Below are positions 9,883-20,103 of a stretch of 64,000 nt of DNA, one piece after another. The stretch is from positions 1,344,001-1,408,000 of the forward strand of contig CAWGTN010000002.1 of assembly GCA_963825525.1 (NCBI GenBank). Direction: 5' to 3'. The stretch comes from an uncultured Chloroflexia bacterium. GTDB lineage: Bacteria; Chloroflexota; Limnocylindria; QHBO01. A program made the translations under genes and the position numbers. The stretch's first letter is position 1; every line of letters starts with the position of its first letter. Under the pieces are notes generated by a model that saw only the letters and a program-made list of their open reading frames with translations, was not told the origin of the DNA and did not search any database.

Positions 9883-10904
9883 CTAGCGCCAGCCGAGCTC
9901 CGGGGCCACGAACTGAGGATGCTCTCGATCGCGTGGGCGTTGTAGTCGACGCCGAGCTGGTTCGGGACCGTCAGCAGCAGGGTGTCAGCCGCCTGGATCG
10001 CCGTGTCTCCGGCGAGCTCCCTGGCGAGGACGTCGGGCTCCGCCGCGTACGAGCGTCCGAAGATCGCCTTGGTCTGCGCGTCGATGTAGCCGACCTGGTC
10101 CGATGACTGGTTGCCACGCCCGAAATACGCCCGATCGCGATCATCGACCAGCGCGAAGATGCTCCGGCTGACCGACACCCGCGGCTCGCGCTCATGCCCC
10201 GCCGCGGCCCACGCATCACGGAACAGCCGGATCTGCTCGGCCTGGAGCTCGTGGAACGGCACGCCGGCGTCCTCGGTCAGCAGTGTTGACGACATCAGAT
10301 TCATGCCCTGCTGCCCGGTCCATTCCGCCGTGGCGCGTGTTCCGGCGCCCCACCAGATCCGGTCGCGCAGCCCGGGCGAGTGCGGCTCGGGGCGGAGCAG
10401 CCCGGGCGGGTTCGGAAACATCGGGTGTGGGTTCGGCTCGGCGAACCCGACCCCGGACAGGGCGTCGAGGAAGACCTTCGTGTGCTCGCGGGCCATGTCG
10501 GCGTCCGTCCCGCCGTCCGGCGGCACGTGGCCGAAGTGTCGGAAACCGTCGATCACCTGCTCGGGCGATCCACGGCTGATCCCGAGCTGCAGGCGACCTC
10601 CTGCAATGAGGTCGGCGGCACCGGCATCTTCGACCATGTAGAGCGGGTTCTCGTAGCGCATGTCGATGACGGCCGTCCCGATCTCGATACGCTTCGTTCG
10701 CGCCCCGATCGCCGCCAGCAGTGGGAAGGGCGACGCGAGCTGCTGCGCGAAATGGTGGACGCGGAAGTACGCGCCGTCCGCACCCAGGTCCTCGACCGCC
10801 TCGGCCAGCTCGATGGACTGAATCAGCGCGTCCGATGCCGAGCGCACCTGAGAGTGGGGTGATGCCGACCAATGACCGAACGAGAGGAACCCCAGCTTCT
10901 TCAT
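9883..10904 (-). CDS. LLM-class flavin-dependent oxidoreductase (frameshift near 3' end)
   Basis: RVHHF, IEIGTAVID, LQLGISRG; natural end VAPELGWR* in a shifted frame. Confidence 0.88.
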
Positions 10905-10996
10905 CCACGGATTCTACGGGCGATCCCAGCCACCCGCCCAACGCGTGAACGCTGAATCGCGTCCGACGCGCCGGCCCGTTCGGGCATCATCGGCCC

Positions 10997-12016
10997 ATGC
11001 AGGAGATCAGCGGTCCCGCCGACCTGCGACGCCGTGATCGGCTGCTGCGCGAGGCGGACGAGGCGACCCTCAGCCCATCGGCCAGCCGATCGGCAGGGTC
11101 CCGCGGCCGCGCGCGCCCCGAGGAGCCCGACGAGTTTCGGACGGCATTCGAGCGGGATCGGGATCGGATCATCCACTCGAAGGCGTTCCGCCGGCTGAAG
11201 CACAAGACACAGGTCTTCCTCAATCCCGAGGGCGACCACTACGTCACGCGCCTGACCCACACCACGCAGGTCACGCAGGTTGCGCGAGCCCTCGCCGCCG
11301 CGCTGAGCCTGAACGAGCCCCTGGCGGAGGCCATCGCGCTCGGGCACGACGTTGGACACTCGCCGTTCGGGCACACCGGCGAGGAGGCGCTCAGCCCGTA
11401 CTTCGCACCCGCCGAGTGGCACCACGCCGCGCAGAGCGTCCGCGTCTTCGAGAGGCTCGAGGATACGAACCTGACCTGGGAGGTCCGCGACGGGATCCGG
11501 GCGCACTCCTGGAAGATCAATCCACCGCCCACGACCGCCGAGGCGTTCTGCGTCCGATTCGCCGATCGGATCGCCTACCTTGCGCACGACGCGCTCGATG
11601 CCCTGCGAGCCGGTGTGCTCCGAGGTGACGAGTTCCCGCCCTCGGTCATCGCCCGATTCGGCGAACCGGGCAGAGCCTGGGTCGGCTCGATGATCACCGC
11701 CGTCATCGACGAGTCCCTGCGCAGCGGGGCGGTCCGGATGGACGCTGCCACGCTCGAGGTCATGAACGAGCTGCGCGACTTCATGTTCGCGCGGGTCTAC
11801 CAGGCGCCCGACCAGCTCGCCCAGCAGCGCCGTGCCATCGGGATCATCCGTGACCTCATGGATTGGCACCTGCAGCATCCCGACGAGATTCCGGCCACGT
11901 ATCGCCAGGACGACGCGTCACCGGAGACGCAGGCCGCCGATTACATCGCGGGCATGACCGATCGTTTCGCGCTGGCCACCCACGAGCGACTGATCCGCCC
12001 GTCCTCGAACGGCTAG
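10997..12016 (+). CDS. dgt: dGTP triphosphohydrolase-like HD-domain protein
   Basis: FRRLKHKTQV, RLTH, HDVGHSPFGH, DYIAGMTD. Confidence 0.88.
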   Translation: MQEISGPADLRRRDRLLREADEATLSPSASRSAGSRGRARPEEPDEFRTAFERDRDRIIHSKAFRRLKHKTQVFLNPEGDHYVTRLTHTTQVTQVARALAAALSLNEPLAEAIALGHDVGHSPFGHTGEEALSPYFAPAEWHHAAQSVRVFERLEDTNLTWEVRDGIRAHSWKINPPPTTAEAFCVRFADRIAYLAHDALDALRAGVLRGDEFPPSVIARFGEPGRAWVGSMITAVIDESLRSGAVRMDAATLEVMNELRDFMFARVYQAPDQLAQQRRAIGIIRDLMDWHLQHPDEIPATYRQDDASPETQAADYIAGMTDRFALATHERLIRPSSNG

Positions 12017-12930
12017 CGGAAGACCCGCAGCGCGCGACGCCGCACCTCGAATGTCACCGGAGTAACGCCGATGCTCACGCCGTCCGCGTGCGCGGGCAGG
12101 GCCCGGCGGATGCCCTCGATGGTCACGCGCTCGGCCTGGTATTCGCGGATCCGCGGCTCGCGCCGCTCCTTGCGGCGCGCGATCGACAGAAAGTGGCGGA
12201 CGACCTCGAATCGGCTCATGCCGTGGAAGACGGCGACGTTGAAGAGCCCATCCGTCGGATCAGCGGAGGCGGAGACGGCGAATCCCATGCCGTGATACGG
12301 GCCGTTGCTGATCGTCACGTTCGGGCCGCCGGTTCGGTACGCCGTCCCGTCCAGGATGATCCTCATCGGCGTCTTGCGGGCGCGCATGGCACGCAGCAGC
12401 GAACGCCCGGCGCGGAGCCAGCCCCGGCGCTCGGCAACCTCGACCGCCAGGAAGCCGATGGCGTCGACGCCCACTCCGGCGGCCTCGAAGAACGGCCGTC
12501 CCTCGTCATCGGGACGAACCACCCAACCGGCGTCCATCAGGCGCGGCGTGCCCGCTCCAATCACGTCGAGCGCGGCGTCCAGCGTCACGGGAATGCCGAA
12601 TCCACGGGCCATGTTGTTGAAGCTGCCCATCGCCAGGATGCCGAGTGTCGCCTTCTCGTGGCCGATCATGGCCGCCGCCACACCGGAGACCGTCCCATCA
12701 CCTCCGGCCACCACCACGTCACAGCCATCGTCGGCCGCAGCACGCGCGAGCTCTCCTGCATCGTCCGCTTCCTCGAGTGCGCGGAGGCGGACCTCGACGC
12801 CCCGCTGCGCCAACGCGTCCCGCAGCGCCTCGGGTTGGAGGCGGTCAGGATCGTCATGCAGGTTCGGCCCTGAGCCGGGCTTGCCCCCGGCCACCGGATT
12901 CACTAGGAGAAGGATCGGACGTCGGGTCAC
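12013..12930 (-). CDS. Diacylglycerol kinase (YegS/DAGK) family lipid kinase
   Basis: NPVAG, GGDGT, GSFNNMA, GVGVDA, HADG. Confidence 0.9.
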   Translation of the reverse strand: MTRRPILLLVNPVAGGKPGSGPNLHDDPDRLQPEALRDALAQRGVEVRLRALEEADDAGELARAAADDGCDVVVAGGDGTVSGVAAAMIGHEKATLGILAMGSFNNMARGFGIPVTLDAALDVIGAGTPRLMDAGWVVRPDDEGRPFFEAAGVGVDAIGFLAVEVAERRGWLRAGRSLLRAMRARKTPMRIILDGTAYRTGGPNVTISNGPYHGMGFAVSASADPTDGLFNVAVFHGMSRFEVVRHFLSIARRKERREPRIREYQAERVTIEGIRRALPAHADGVSIGVTPVTFEVRRRALRVFR

Positions 12931-13268
12931 TCGATGCCTCGCTGGTATGCCTGGAAGGTTCCGTCGCCGCAACCCAGTACGATGCGTTGCGGTAGTGGCT
13001 CAGCCGATGCGGGAGCGAAGCCGGGTTCCACGTAGACGTCCCAGCGCGCGAGCCCGAATGACGTGGTGCCGGCCGCCTCCAACGGTGGCTGGATTCCGTC
13101 GAGCGCCGGCGACTCGGTCGGCGAGCCGACCGGCTCGTACGCCGACGGCTGGTACGGCAGCCTGTCCGGGCATTCGGCCGGTGCCCCTGCGCGAAGGATG
13201 CCGAAGATGCCGATGGCGACGAAGACCGCCGCGGCCAGGGTCCCACATCCGAGCGCACGCCAGTTCAT
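12927..13268 (-). CDS. Hypothetical exported/membrane protein
   Basis: 113 aa, N-terminal TM helix, overlaps both neighbours by 4 bp. Confidence 0.6.
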   Translation of the reverse strand: MNWRALGCGTLAAAVFVAIGIFGILRAGAPAECPDRLPYQPSAYEPVGSPTESPALDGIQPPLEAAGTTSFGLARWDVYVEPGFAPASAEPLPQRIVLGCGDGTFQAYQRGIE

Positions 13269-13549
13269 CGGCGCACGATCCCGAAGCGGTCGAACTCGCC
13301 ACTCGCCGGGGAACGCCTGGCATCGACCGACTCGACCCGGGCGCCCTGCGGCCCGGTGCCGATGACCCGTTCGATCTCATCGAGCGCCACGCCATCGCCC
13401 TCCGCCACCAGGTCCACGGATCGTTCGTCGTCGCCGTTCATGACCCATCCGACCAATCCGAGACGCACCGCGTGGCCGCGCAGCCACCATCGAAACCCCA
13501 CGCCCTGGACTCGCCCGGTGACGCGGGCGGTCAGCCGCGACCGGCTCAC
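13265..13549 (-). CDS. acyP: Acylphosphatase
   Basis: GRVQGVGFR and GWVMN motifs. Confidence 0.92.
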   Translation of the reverse strand: MSRSRLTARVTGRVQGVGFRWWLRGHAVRLGLVGWVMNGDDERSVDLVAEGDGVALDEIERVIGTGPQGARVESVDARRSPASGEFDRFGIVRR

Positions 13550-14652
13550 CGGGGCGAGGGTCCGTCGAGGCGGGGCCAGGCGAGCATGGCGGCCTCCAGT
13601 GCCAGCCGCGGTGCGCCGTTGTCGTCGAGACCCGCCAGCACGCCTTCCAGGCGGCTCGCCATGGCCCGCCACTGGTGCGCCCCCACTCGAGCGGCGACGA
13701 TCTCGAGATCGGGGGCCAGCTCCCGCGACGGCGCGAGCGAGGCGCGCCCCGATGCGGCGACCAGCAGGTCCCGGGTCAACGCGAGCCATGCCTCCACGAT
13801 TCGCGACGCGGCACGTCGCTGGACCGATGCGGGGGTGCGGGCCTCGGGGTCCAGCGTCTCGACCGGCAGCTGGGATGCACGGGCGGTCTCGTCCAGCAGG
13901 TCGCGGACGGAGCCGAATCGATCGGCTGGGCCGCGAGCCAGGAGTGAGAGGAGCTCTCCCTGGACGCGGCGACGCCACGTCAAGAGCTCCCCGTCGTCGG
14001 CGAATGCGATGGCGGTGCCGGCCAGACCATTCGCAATGCGAGCCATGGTGTCGGCACTGTCCGCCGAGACCCGGCGGGTGTCCACCAGGTGAGCCACCAG
14101 CTCCTCGCGCGGCACAGCGCCGATTCGCAGCGGCTGGGCGCGTGATCGGATCGTGGGCAGGACCTCGCTCGGCTCGTCGGCCACGAGGATGTAGGTGTGG
14201 CGGTCGGTCGGCTCCTCGAGGACTTTGAGCAGCGCGTTCTGGACCTGCTCTCCGGCACGGTCCACCGCTTCGATGAGCACGATGCGCCGATCGGCCACAA
14301 CGGGGGCGCCGGACGCGGCCAGCAGCCAGCGGCGGGCGGCCGCGACAATGCTCTCCCCGGACGAGCGATCCTCGCGCCAGGTCTCCGGCGAACCGATCAC
14401 GAGGTCGGGGTGGGTGCGCGCGCGGGCGTCATGGCAGCCGCGACACGCGTTGCATGGACGCTGATCCGCGGCGGGTCCGGCGCACAGCAGAAGGGCCAGC
14501 AGGTCGTCGACGAACGTGCCCTTCCCCGCGCCAACCGGACCGTGGACGAGGAGTGTCCGCCCACCCCGCCCGCCCTCCATGGCCCGTGTGGCCAGGCGCC
14601 GAGCCGTCGGCTGCCCGAGGCTCAGAAATCCGGACGGGGTCGCCTGCTGCAT
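13546..14652 (-). CDS. holB: DNA polymerase III delta' subunit
   Basis: GPVGAGKG, Zn motif C..CNACRGC, HPDL, NALLKVLEEP, PTIRSR. Confidence 0.88.
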   Translation of the reverse strand: MQQATPSGFLSLGQPTARRLATRAMEGGRGGRTLLVHGPVGAGKGTFVDDLLALLLCAGPAADQRPCNACRGCHDARARTHPDLVIGSPETWREDRSSGESIVAAARRWLLAASGAPVVADRRIVLIEAVDRAGEQVQNALLKVLEEPTDRHTYILVADEPSEVLPTIRSRAQPLRIGAVPREELVAHLVDTRRVSADSADTMARIANGLAGTAIAFADDGELLTWRRRVQGELLSLLARGPADRFGSVRDLLDETARASQLPVETLDPEARTPASVQRRAASRIVEAWLALTRDLLVAASGRASLAPSRELAPDLEIVAARVGAHQWRAMASRLEGVLAGLDDNGAPRLALEAAMLAWPRLDGPSPR

Positions 14653-14714
14653 CACCCGCCGAGTATAGATTCGTTCCCGGTGCTCTCCGCCGATTGGCCC
14701 CGACGCGGAGCGGG

Positions 14715-14730
14715 TGGCATACTTCGTGCA
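14715..14730 (+). promoter_or_regulatory. Sigma-54-like -24/-12 promoter
   Basis: TGGCATACTTCGTGCA, GG-N10-GC spacing, 30 nt before the YtxH-like gene. Confidence 0.6.
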
Positions 14731-14759
14731 CCCAATTCGGCCGAACACAGGAGGAAGCC

Positions 14760-15506
14760 ATGCCGACAGGTCCGGCGGCGACGGCCGACGATATTTCCGA
14801 TTCAATCAAGACGCTCATCGACCGCGTCGCGGACGCGAAGCTCACCCAGGAGATGGCGAAGCGCGGCCAGACCGTGGCCGGCATCCTTGCCGAACGCGGC
14901 GCCGATGTCGGCGATCGCGCGGCGGAAGCGTGGCGTGAGTCACGACCGCTGCGTCGGGACGCCACCGAAACAGTCATGAAGGTCGGCGGCGACGCTGTCG
15001 AGTGGTCCGATCGGACGTGGCGCTCGGCGCTGCGCCCGGTGCTTCGGGACCTCTGGAAGCGTCGCACGCTCGCGATCGGAGCGGCCGGGGCGGCCGTGCC
15101 GGCGGGGCGCGAGCTCATGGATTCCGCGGCCGTGCGCCTCGGCCTTCGAGAGCGAACCGAGCGACGCCATTGGGGCGTCTTCTTCCTCGGACTGCTGCTC
15201 GGAGCGGTGGGCGGCGCGGTGATCGCCATGCTGACCACCCCCAAGCGCGGCAGCGAGGTTCGACGGGAGATCGGGGCACGGGCCGACGAGGTCCGCGACG
15301 AGATCGCGTCGCGGGCCCGAGACGCCGAGTGGGTGCCGATGTTCCAGCGCGAGCCGGCCACCAACGGTGACGCTGCGTCCGAGGTGACGGACAGCATTCG
15401 CGAGGCCGCCGCTGACACGAGTGACGCGAGCGAACGCGCGGCCGATGACACCGCCGAGGCGATCAACGAGTCCTTCGACACGGTCGACCGGGAGACGGAC
15501 GCCTAG
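14760..15506 (+). CDS. YtxH domain-containing protein
   Basis: FFLGLLLGAVGGAVIAMLTTPKRGSEVR motif; GGAGG RBS. Confidence 0.8.
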   Translation: MPTGPAATADDISDSIKTLIDRVADAKLTQEMAKRGQTVAGILAERGADVGDRAAEAWRESRPLRRDATETVMKVGGDAVEWSDRTWRSALRPVLRDLWKRRTLAIGAAGAAVPAGRELMDSAAVRLGLRERTERRHWGVFFLGLLLGAVGGAVIAMLTTPKRGSEVRREIGARADEVRDEIASRARDAEWVPMFQREPATNGDAASEVTDSIREAAADTSDASERAADDTAEAINESFDTVDRETDA

Positions 15507-15527
15507 GTCTGCACTGGATTCCACGAC

Positions 15528-15556
15528 GAAGGCCGGCCCACACGGGCCGGCCTTCT
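15528..15556. terminator. Bidirectional terminator-like hairpin
   Basis: GAAGGCCGGCCC...GGGCCGGCCTTC between convergent genes. Confidence 0.65.
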
Positions 15557-15582
15557 GTCATGTTCGGACGTGATGCCGTGGC

Positions 15583-16979
15583 TCAGGCGTCGGTTCCGCG
15601 TGGCTTGCGGGCTGACCGGAATCGGCCCCAGATTCCCTGGGGCTCCCCGTCCGCATCAACCTCACCCGACGGCGCGGACGCATTGGACTGTTCGCCGTCG
15701 TCCTTCTTTGCCCGGGTCGGGCGACGGGTGGCGGGCTTGGGTGCCTCGGCGGACGCGGACTGTCTCGCCGTCGTCCTTCTTGGTCCTGGTCGACCGGCGA
15801 CGTGCCGGCTTCGGCGCCTCCTCGGTGCCTGCGGACTCGCCGTCGTCCTTCTTTGCCCGGGTCGGGCGACGGGTGGCGGGCTTGGGTGCCTCGGCGGACG
15901 CGGACTGTTCGCCGTCGTCCTTCTTGGTCCTGGTCGACCGGCGACGTGCCGGCTTCGGCGCCTCCTCGGTGTCTGCCGGCTCGCCCGGTGCCGCGGCCTG
16001 CATCGCGGCGATCTCCTCTTCGCTCAGACCCAGCTCAGCGAGCGTCGCGGCGTCGACCTCCTCGAACGTGTACTCGCGGGGCTCCGCGCTGCCGTCGAGC
16101 TGGCTGAGGTCGTCGAACTCTTCCCAGCCGACCTCGCCGGCCCCGTTCTCGGGAGCGGGGGCCGCCTCATCGTCACGACGCGTTCGGCCGCGACCGCGAC
16201 CGCCGCGCCGGCGTCGACGCTTGCGCTCCGGATCCGCATCCGCTGCCGCGTCGGCCGGAGCCGAAGCCCGAAGCGGTGGCCGTTGGCGTGGCCGCCGGCT
16301 CCTCTGCGGGTGCGGCCGCGGGTGCGCGGCGCGGAGTCGAACGACTGCGCCGCGCGCTGTCTGACGACCCTCCGCCCTTGATGGCCGCCAGGGCGGCCGC
16401 GGCGACCGAGGGCGAGGCCTCGCGGAAGCCGAACTCGGGCGTGACCTCCTTGGCCGGCATCTCGGGTGCGCTCATGCTGTCACGCAGCGCTCGCCCCTCC
16501 TTCCGGCTGATGGAGGCGATCTTCATGATGTCCATGAACTCGTCGGCCACGGCGACCAGGTCGGACGAGGTGTTCGGCTTGAAGCTGATGACTTCGCAGC
16601 GCACGCCCTTGTCCTGGAGGGCCTTGATGGCCGGGGCAAAGTCGCCGTCACCGGAGACGATGACCGCGATGTCCATCCGGTCCGCGAGACGGAACAGGTC
16701 GACGACGAGCTCGATGTCGAGGTTCGCCTTCATCCGACCGTCGCCGAACTTGCGAATGTCCTTGATCACCGGCTTGTAGCCGTTCTTGCCCAGGAAGTCG
16801 ATGAACTTGCGCTGGTTCTCGTTTTCGGGGTCGAGCCCCGTATAGGCATAGGCGCGAATGAGGTCGCGCCCCTTGGTGGCGTGCTTGAGGAGGGCGACGT
16901 AATCGACGTCGACATCCTGGCCTCGAGCCGCGTAGTACATGTTGGCGACGTCAACGAACATCGCCACGTTCTTGCTCAC
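15583..16979 (-). CDS. NYN (LabA/DUF88) domain protein with long disordered tail (frameshifted)
   Basis: FVDVANM, KANLD, VSGDGDF, ADEF; tail continues across frameshifts near 16240 and 15760. Confidence 0.8.
15685..15972. repeat. Two ~145-bp tandem copies coding the NYN tail
   Basis: EEAPKPARRRSTRTKKDDGE / EAPKPATRRPTRAKKDDGE repeated twice. Confidence 0.85.
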
Positions 16980-17034
16980 GGTTGAGCTCTTCTCCTGTAG
17001 GTATGTGATATGGCCGGCGCGGGTGGGTGTGCGC

Positions 17035-17478
17035 TCAGTCGAGCAATCGACCGAGCGTCCGACCTCGGCTCGCGAACCCCATTCGCTTCCAGAGCGACGG
17101 TTCTGCGGACGCCAGCGGTTCGGCGACTTCCACGCGCGTGCAACCTTTGTTTCGTGCCGAGGTGGCGAGGTGCTCGACGATCTCGTCGGCAACTCTCCGC
17201 CGTTCGGCGGTGTCCAGCGCCGGTTCCTGCTCGACTCCCAGCTCGTCGACAACGCCGACGAAGGGACCCGACCGCACCGATGGCCTGATGGCGAGGACCC
17301 CCACGCCCACCACGCGGCGTTCTCGCTCAGCGACGACAATCGTGGCAGAGGGAACGAAGAGCAGGTTGCGCAGGTAGTCGACGTCGTTGCGCTGCCCGGG
17401 CTCAGTGTCGACGTGCGCAAGCATGCGGACGGCGGCATCGAGATCAGTCAGACGAGCGCTGCGGACGTGTACCTCCAC
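17035..17478 (-). CDS. GNAT-family N-acetyltransferase
   Basis: VRSARLTDL start, VVDELGV, ARNKGC, WKRMGF. Confidence 0.75.
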   Translation of the reverse strand: MEVHVRSARLTDLDAAVRMLAHVDTEPGQRNDVDYLRNLLFVPSATIVVAERERRVVGVGVLAIRPSVRSGPFVGVVDELGVEQEPALDTAERRRVADEIVEHLATSARNKGCTRVEVAEPLASAEPSLWKRMGFASRGRTLGRLLD

Positions 17479-17657
17479 GAAGGCCTCATCGGGAACGGTT
17501 CGCAGTCACGAGTGCTGCGGGACGACCCTCGGGAGGATACCACGGAAAATGTCTTGCGCCGAGGAACTCCTCGCCGCTATGATGCCGCGCACCTTTGATA
17601 CGCCGGGCCGCGCATGCGCGCTCTCACCCGAGCACACCAGTGGAGGAAGAAATCCGG

Positions 17658-18947
17658 ATGCAGAAGTACATGCGATGGAGCGGCATGCTCGTCGTGCTGA
17701 TGCTCATCCTTGCCGCGTGCCAGTCCGACGGAGGATCAAGCACCGAGCCGAGCACGGACGCGAGCACGGACGCGAGCACGCCCCCCGCAAGCCAGGGAGG
17801 CGGCGGCGCCGCGGACTGCGACGCCGATGAGTTCGGATGCATCGAGCTCGCCGAGGGCGACCCGATCGTCATCGGCACGGCGCTCGTCATCACCGGCGCC
17901 AATGAGTCCCTTGGTCTCGACAGCCAGTACGGCGCCCAGGTCGCGAACTCGCTCCGACCGGAGATCGCCGGCCACGAGGTCGAGTTCAACTTCCAGGACG
18001 ACGGCTGCTCGACCGAGGGTGGCACCGCCGCTGCGCGTGCCCTCGTCTCGGAAGAGAACATCGCCGGCGTCATCGGCACCAGCTGCTCGAGCGCCGGCAT
18101 TCCGGCTGCCGAGATCCTCAGCGCCGAGGGCATCATGCTCGTCTCGGCGTCCAACACGGCACCGTCACTGACGGCCCCCGACACGCATGAGGCGTTCTAC
18201 GCGCGCACCGCGCACAACGACTCGATCCAGGGCGCGGCCATGGCCGAGTTCGTGTGCGACGTCCTGGGCCTCTCGTCCGCCGCAACCATCGACGACGGCT
18301 CGGCCTACGCCGACCAGCTCGCCGCGGTGTTCGCGGCCGAGTTCCCGTCGCAGTGCGACGGGACGATCACGGCCGAGGAGGCCATCACGGTCGGGCAGAC
18401 CGACTTCACCGGTGTTCTCGAGAACATCGCTGCCGACTCGCCCGAGTTCCTCTACTACCCGATCTTCGTTGCCGAGGGTGCTCTGATCACCCAGCAGGCT
18501 GCCGAGACCTCGGGCCTCGAGGACACCGCCCTGGGCGGTGCTGATGGCATCCTCACTCCCGACTGGCTGGCCGCTGCCGGCGGTGCCGCCGAAGGCGCGT
18601 ACCTGTCCGGTCCGGACCTGGCATTCAGCGGCGACTTCTACGCCGATGAGTTCCTGCCGGCCTACACGGAGATCTCCGGCGAAGATGCGCCGATCAGCGT
18701 GTTCCATGCACACGCGTTCGACGCCTACAACCTCCTCGCCAACGCGATCGAAGAGGCTGCCTTCACCGATGGGGGCACCACCTACATCCCGCGCAGCGCA
18801 CTGCGTGATGCCTTCTTCGCCACTTCGGGCTTCGAGGGGATCACCGGCACGCTGACGTGCGACGAGAACGGCGACTGCGCCGACGCGAAGATCAGCGTCA
18901 GCCAGGTCGTGGATGGCGCCTTCGAGCGCATCTGGCCCGAGAGCTGA
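17658..18947 (+). CDS. livK: Branched-chain amino acid ABC transporter substrate-binding lipoprotein
   Basis: Lipobox LAAC; DDGC, GTSCS, SASNT, ND..QG. Confidence 0.88.
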   Translation: MQKYMRWSGMLVVLMLILAACQSDGGSSTEPSTDASTDASTPPASQGGGGAADCDADEFGCIELAEGDPIVIGTALVITGANESLGLDSQYGAQVANSLRPEIAGHEVEFNFQDDGCSTEGGTAAARALVSEENIAGVIGTSCSSAGIPAAEILSAEGIMLVSASNTAPSLTAPDTHEAFYARTAHNDSIQGAAMAEFVCDVLGLSSAATIDDGSAYADQLAAVFAAEFPSQCDGTITAEEAITVGQTDFTGVLENIAADSPEFLYYPIFVAEGALITQQAAETSGLEDTALGGADGILTPDWLAAAGGAAEGAYLSGPDLAFSGDFYADEFLPAYTEISGEDAPISVFHAHAFDAYNLLANAIEEAAFTDGGTTYIPRSALRDAFFATSGFEGITGTLTCDENGDCADAKISVSQVVDGAFERIWPES

Positions 18948-19053
18948 AATCGGGACAGCTCTGAGCTGCACCTGATGTAAGTGGTGCGGGTGAGTCGGTC
19001 GTCCGACTCACCCGCACCCATTTTCCGGAGACATACGCCCACGGGGACCCGAG

Positions 19054-20103
19054 ATGCCCGGCCGACGAATTCGGTTCAACCTCGTCAACCTGTTTCTCTG
19101 GCTGCTCGGCGGGGGCCTGCTGGCGTTTGCCGGCTGGGGCTCCATCCTGACCCTGGTCGAAGGGCGCATTCAGCCCAACCAGTGGCAGAACCTCATCATC
19201 GCGGGGATCGCGCTGGGCAGCGTCTATGCCCTGATCGCCCTGGGCTACACCCTCGTCTACGGCATCCTGTTCATGATCAACTTCGCCCACGGCGAGGTGT
19301 TCATGTGGGGCGCGTTCACCGCGTTCTTCGCGGCCACGGCCCTCAACGACGCCGGACTCATGGTCTCGAACCCGGTCCTCGCGTTCTTCCTGGTCCTGGC
19401 CACCTCGATGCTCGTCAGCATGCTGGTGGCGATCATGCTCGAGCGAATCGCGTACCGGCCCCTGAGGGGCGCACCGCGGCTCGTACCATTGATCACGGCC
19501 ATCGGAGCGTCGCTCTTCCTCCAATACACGGCGCGCGGCTTCTACGGCTCCGGCGTGCGCGCCTACCCTGACTACACGCTCTTCGACGGCACCATCACGC
19601 TCGGCATCCTGAGCCTGAGCGTCAAGCAGGCCGTCGTCATCCTCTCGGCAATCGGCCTGATGCTGGCGCTCTACGTCTTCATCAACCGCACCCGCACCGG
19701 TCGCGCCATGCGCGCGGTGAGCGAGGACAAGGACGTTGCGGCGATGATGGGCATCAACGTCGATCGGATCATCGTCACCACGTTTGCCATCGGCGGCCTG
19801 CTGGCCGGCGCGGCCGGCATCCTCTACACCCTGATCTTCAACCAGGTCCTGTTCTTCATGGGCTTCCTGCCGGGGATCAAGGCATTCACCGCGGCGGTCC
19901 TGGGCGGCATCGGCAACGTCATCGGCGCAGCGCTCGGCGGCCTGATCCTGGGCGTCGTGGAGCAGCTCGGCCCGAACCTCTTCCTCAGCGGCTACGGGAT
20001 CCCATCGCCGAACCAGCTGAAGGACGTCATCGCGTTCTCGGTCCTCGTCCTCGTCCTCATCTTCCGACCGTCCGGTCTGCTCGGCCGCAAGGAGAACACC
20101 TGA
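19054..20103 (+). CDS. livH: Branched-chain amino acid ABC permease
   Basis: YALIALGYTLVYG..INFAHGE; GRAMRAVSED. Confidence 0.92.
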   Translation: MPGRRIRFNLVNLFLWLLGGGLLAFAGWGSILTLVEGRIQPNQWQNLIIAGIALGSVYALIALGYTLVYGILFMINFAHGEVFMWGAFTAFFAATALNDAGLMVSNPVLAFFLVLATSMLVSMLVAIMLERIAYRPLRGAPRLVPLITAIGASLFLQYTARGFYGSGVRAYPDYTLFDGTITLGILSLSVKQAVVILSAIGLMLALYVFINRTRTGRAMRAVSEDKDVAAMMGINVDRIIVTTFAIGGLLAGAAGILYTLIFNQVLFFMGFLPGIKAFTAAVLGGIGNVIGAALGGLILGVVEQLGPNLFLSGYGIPSPNQLKDVIAFSVLVLVLIFRPSGLLGRKENT

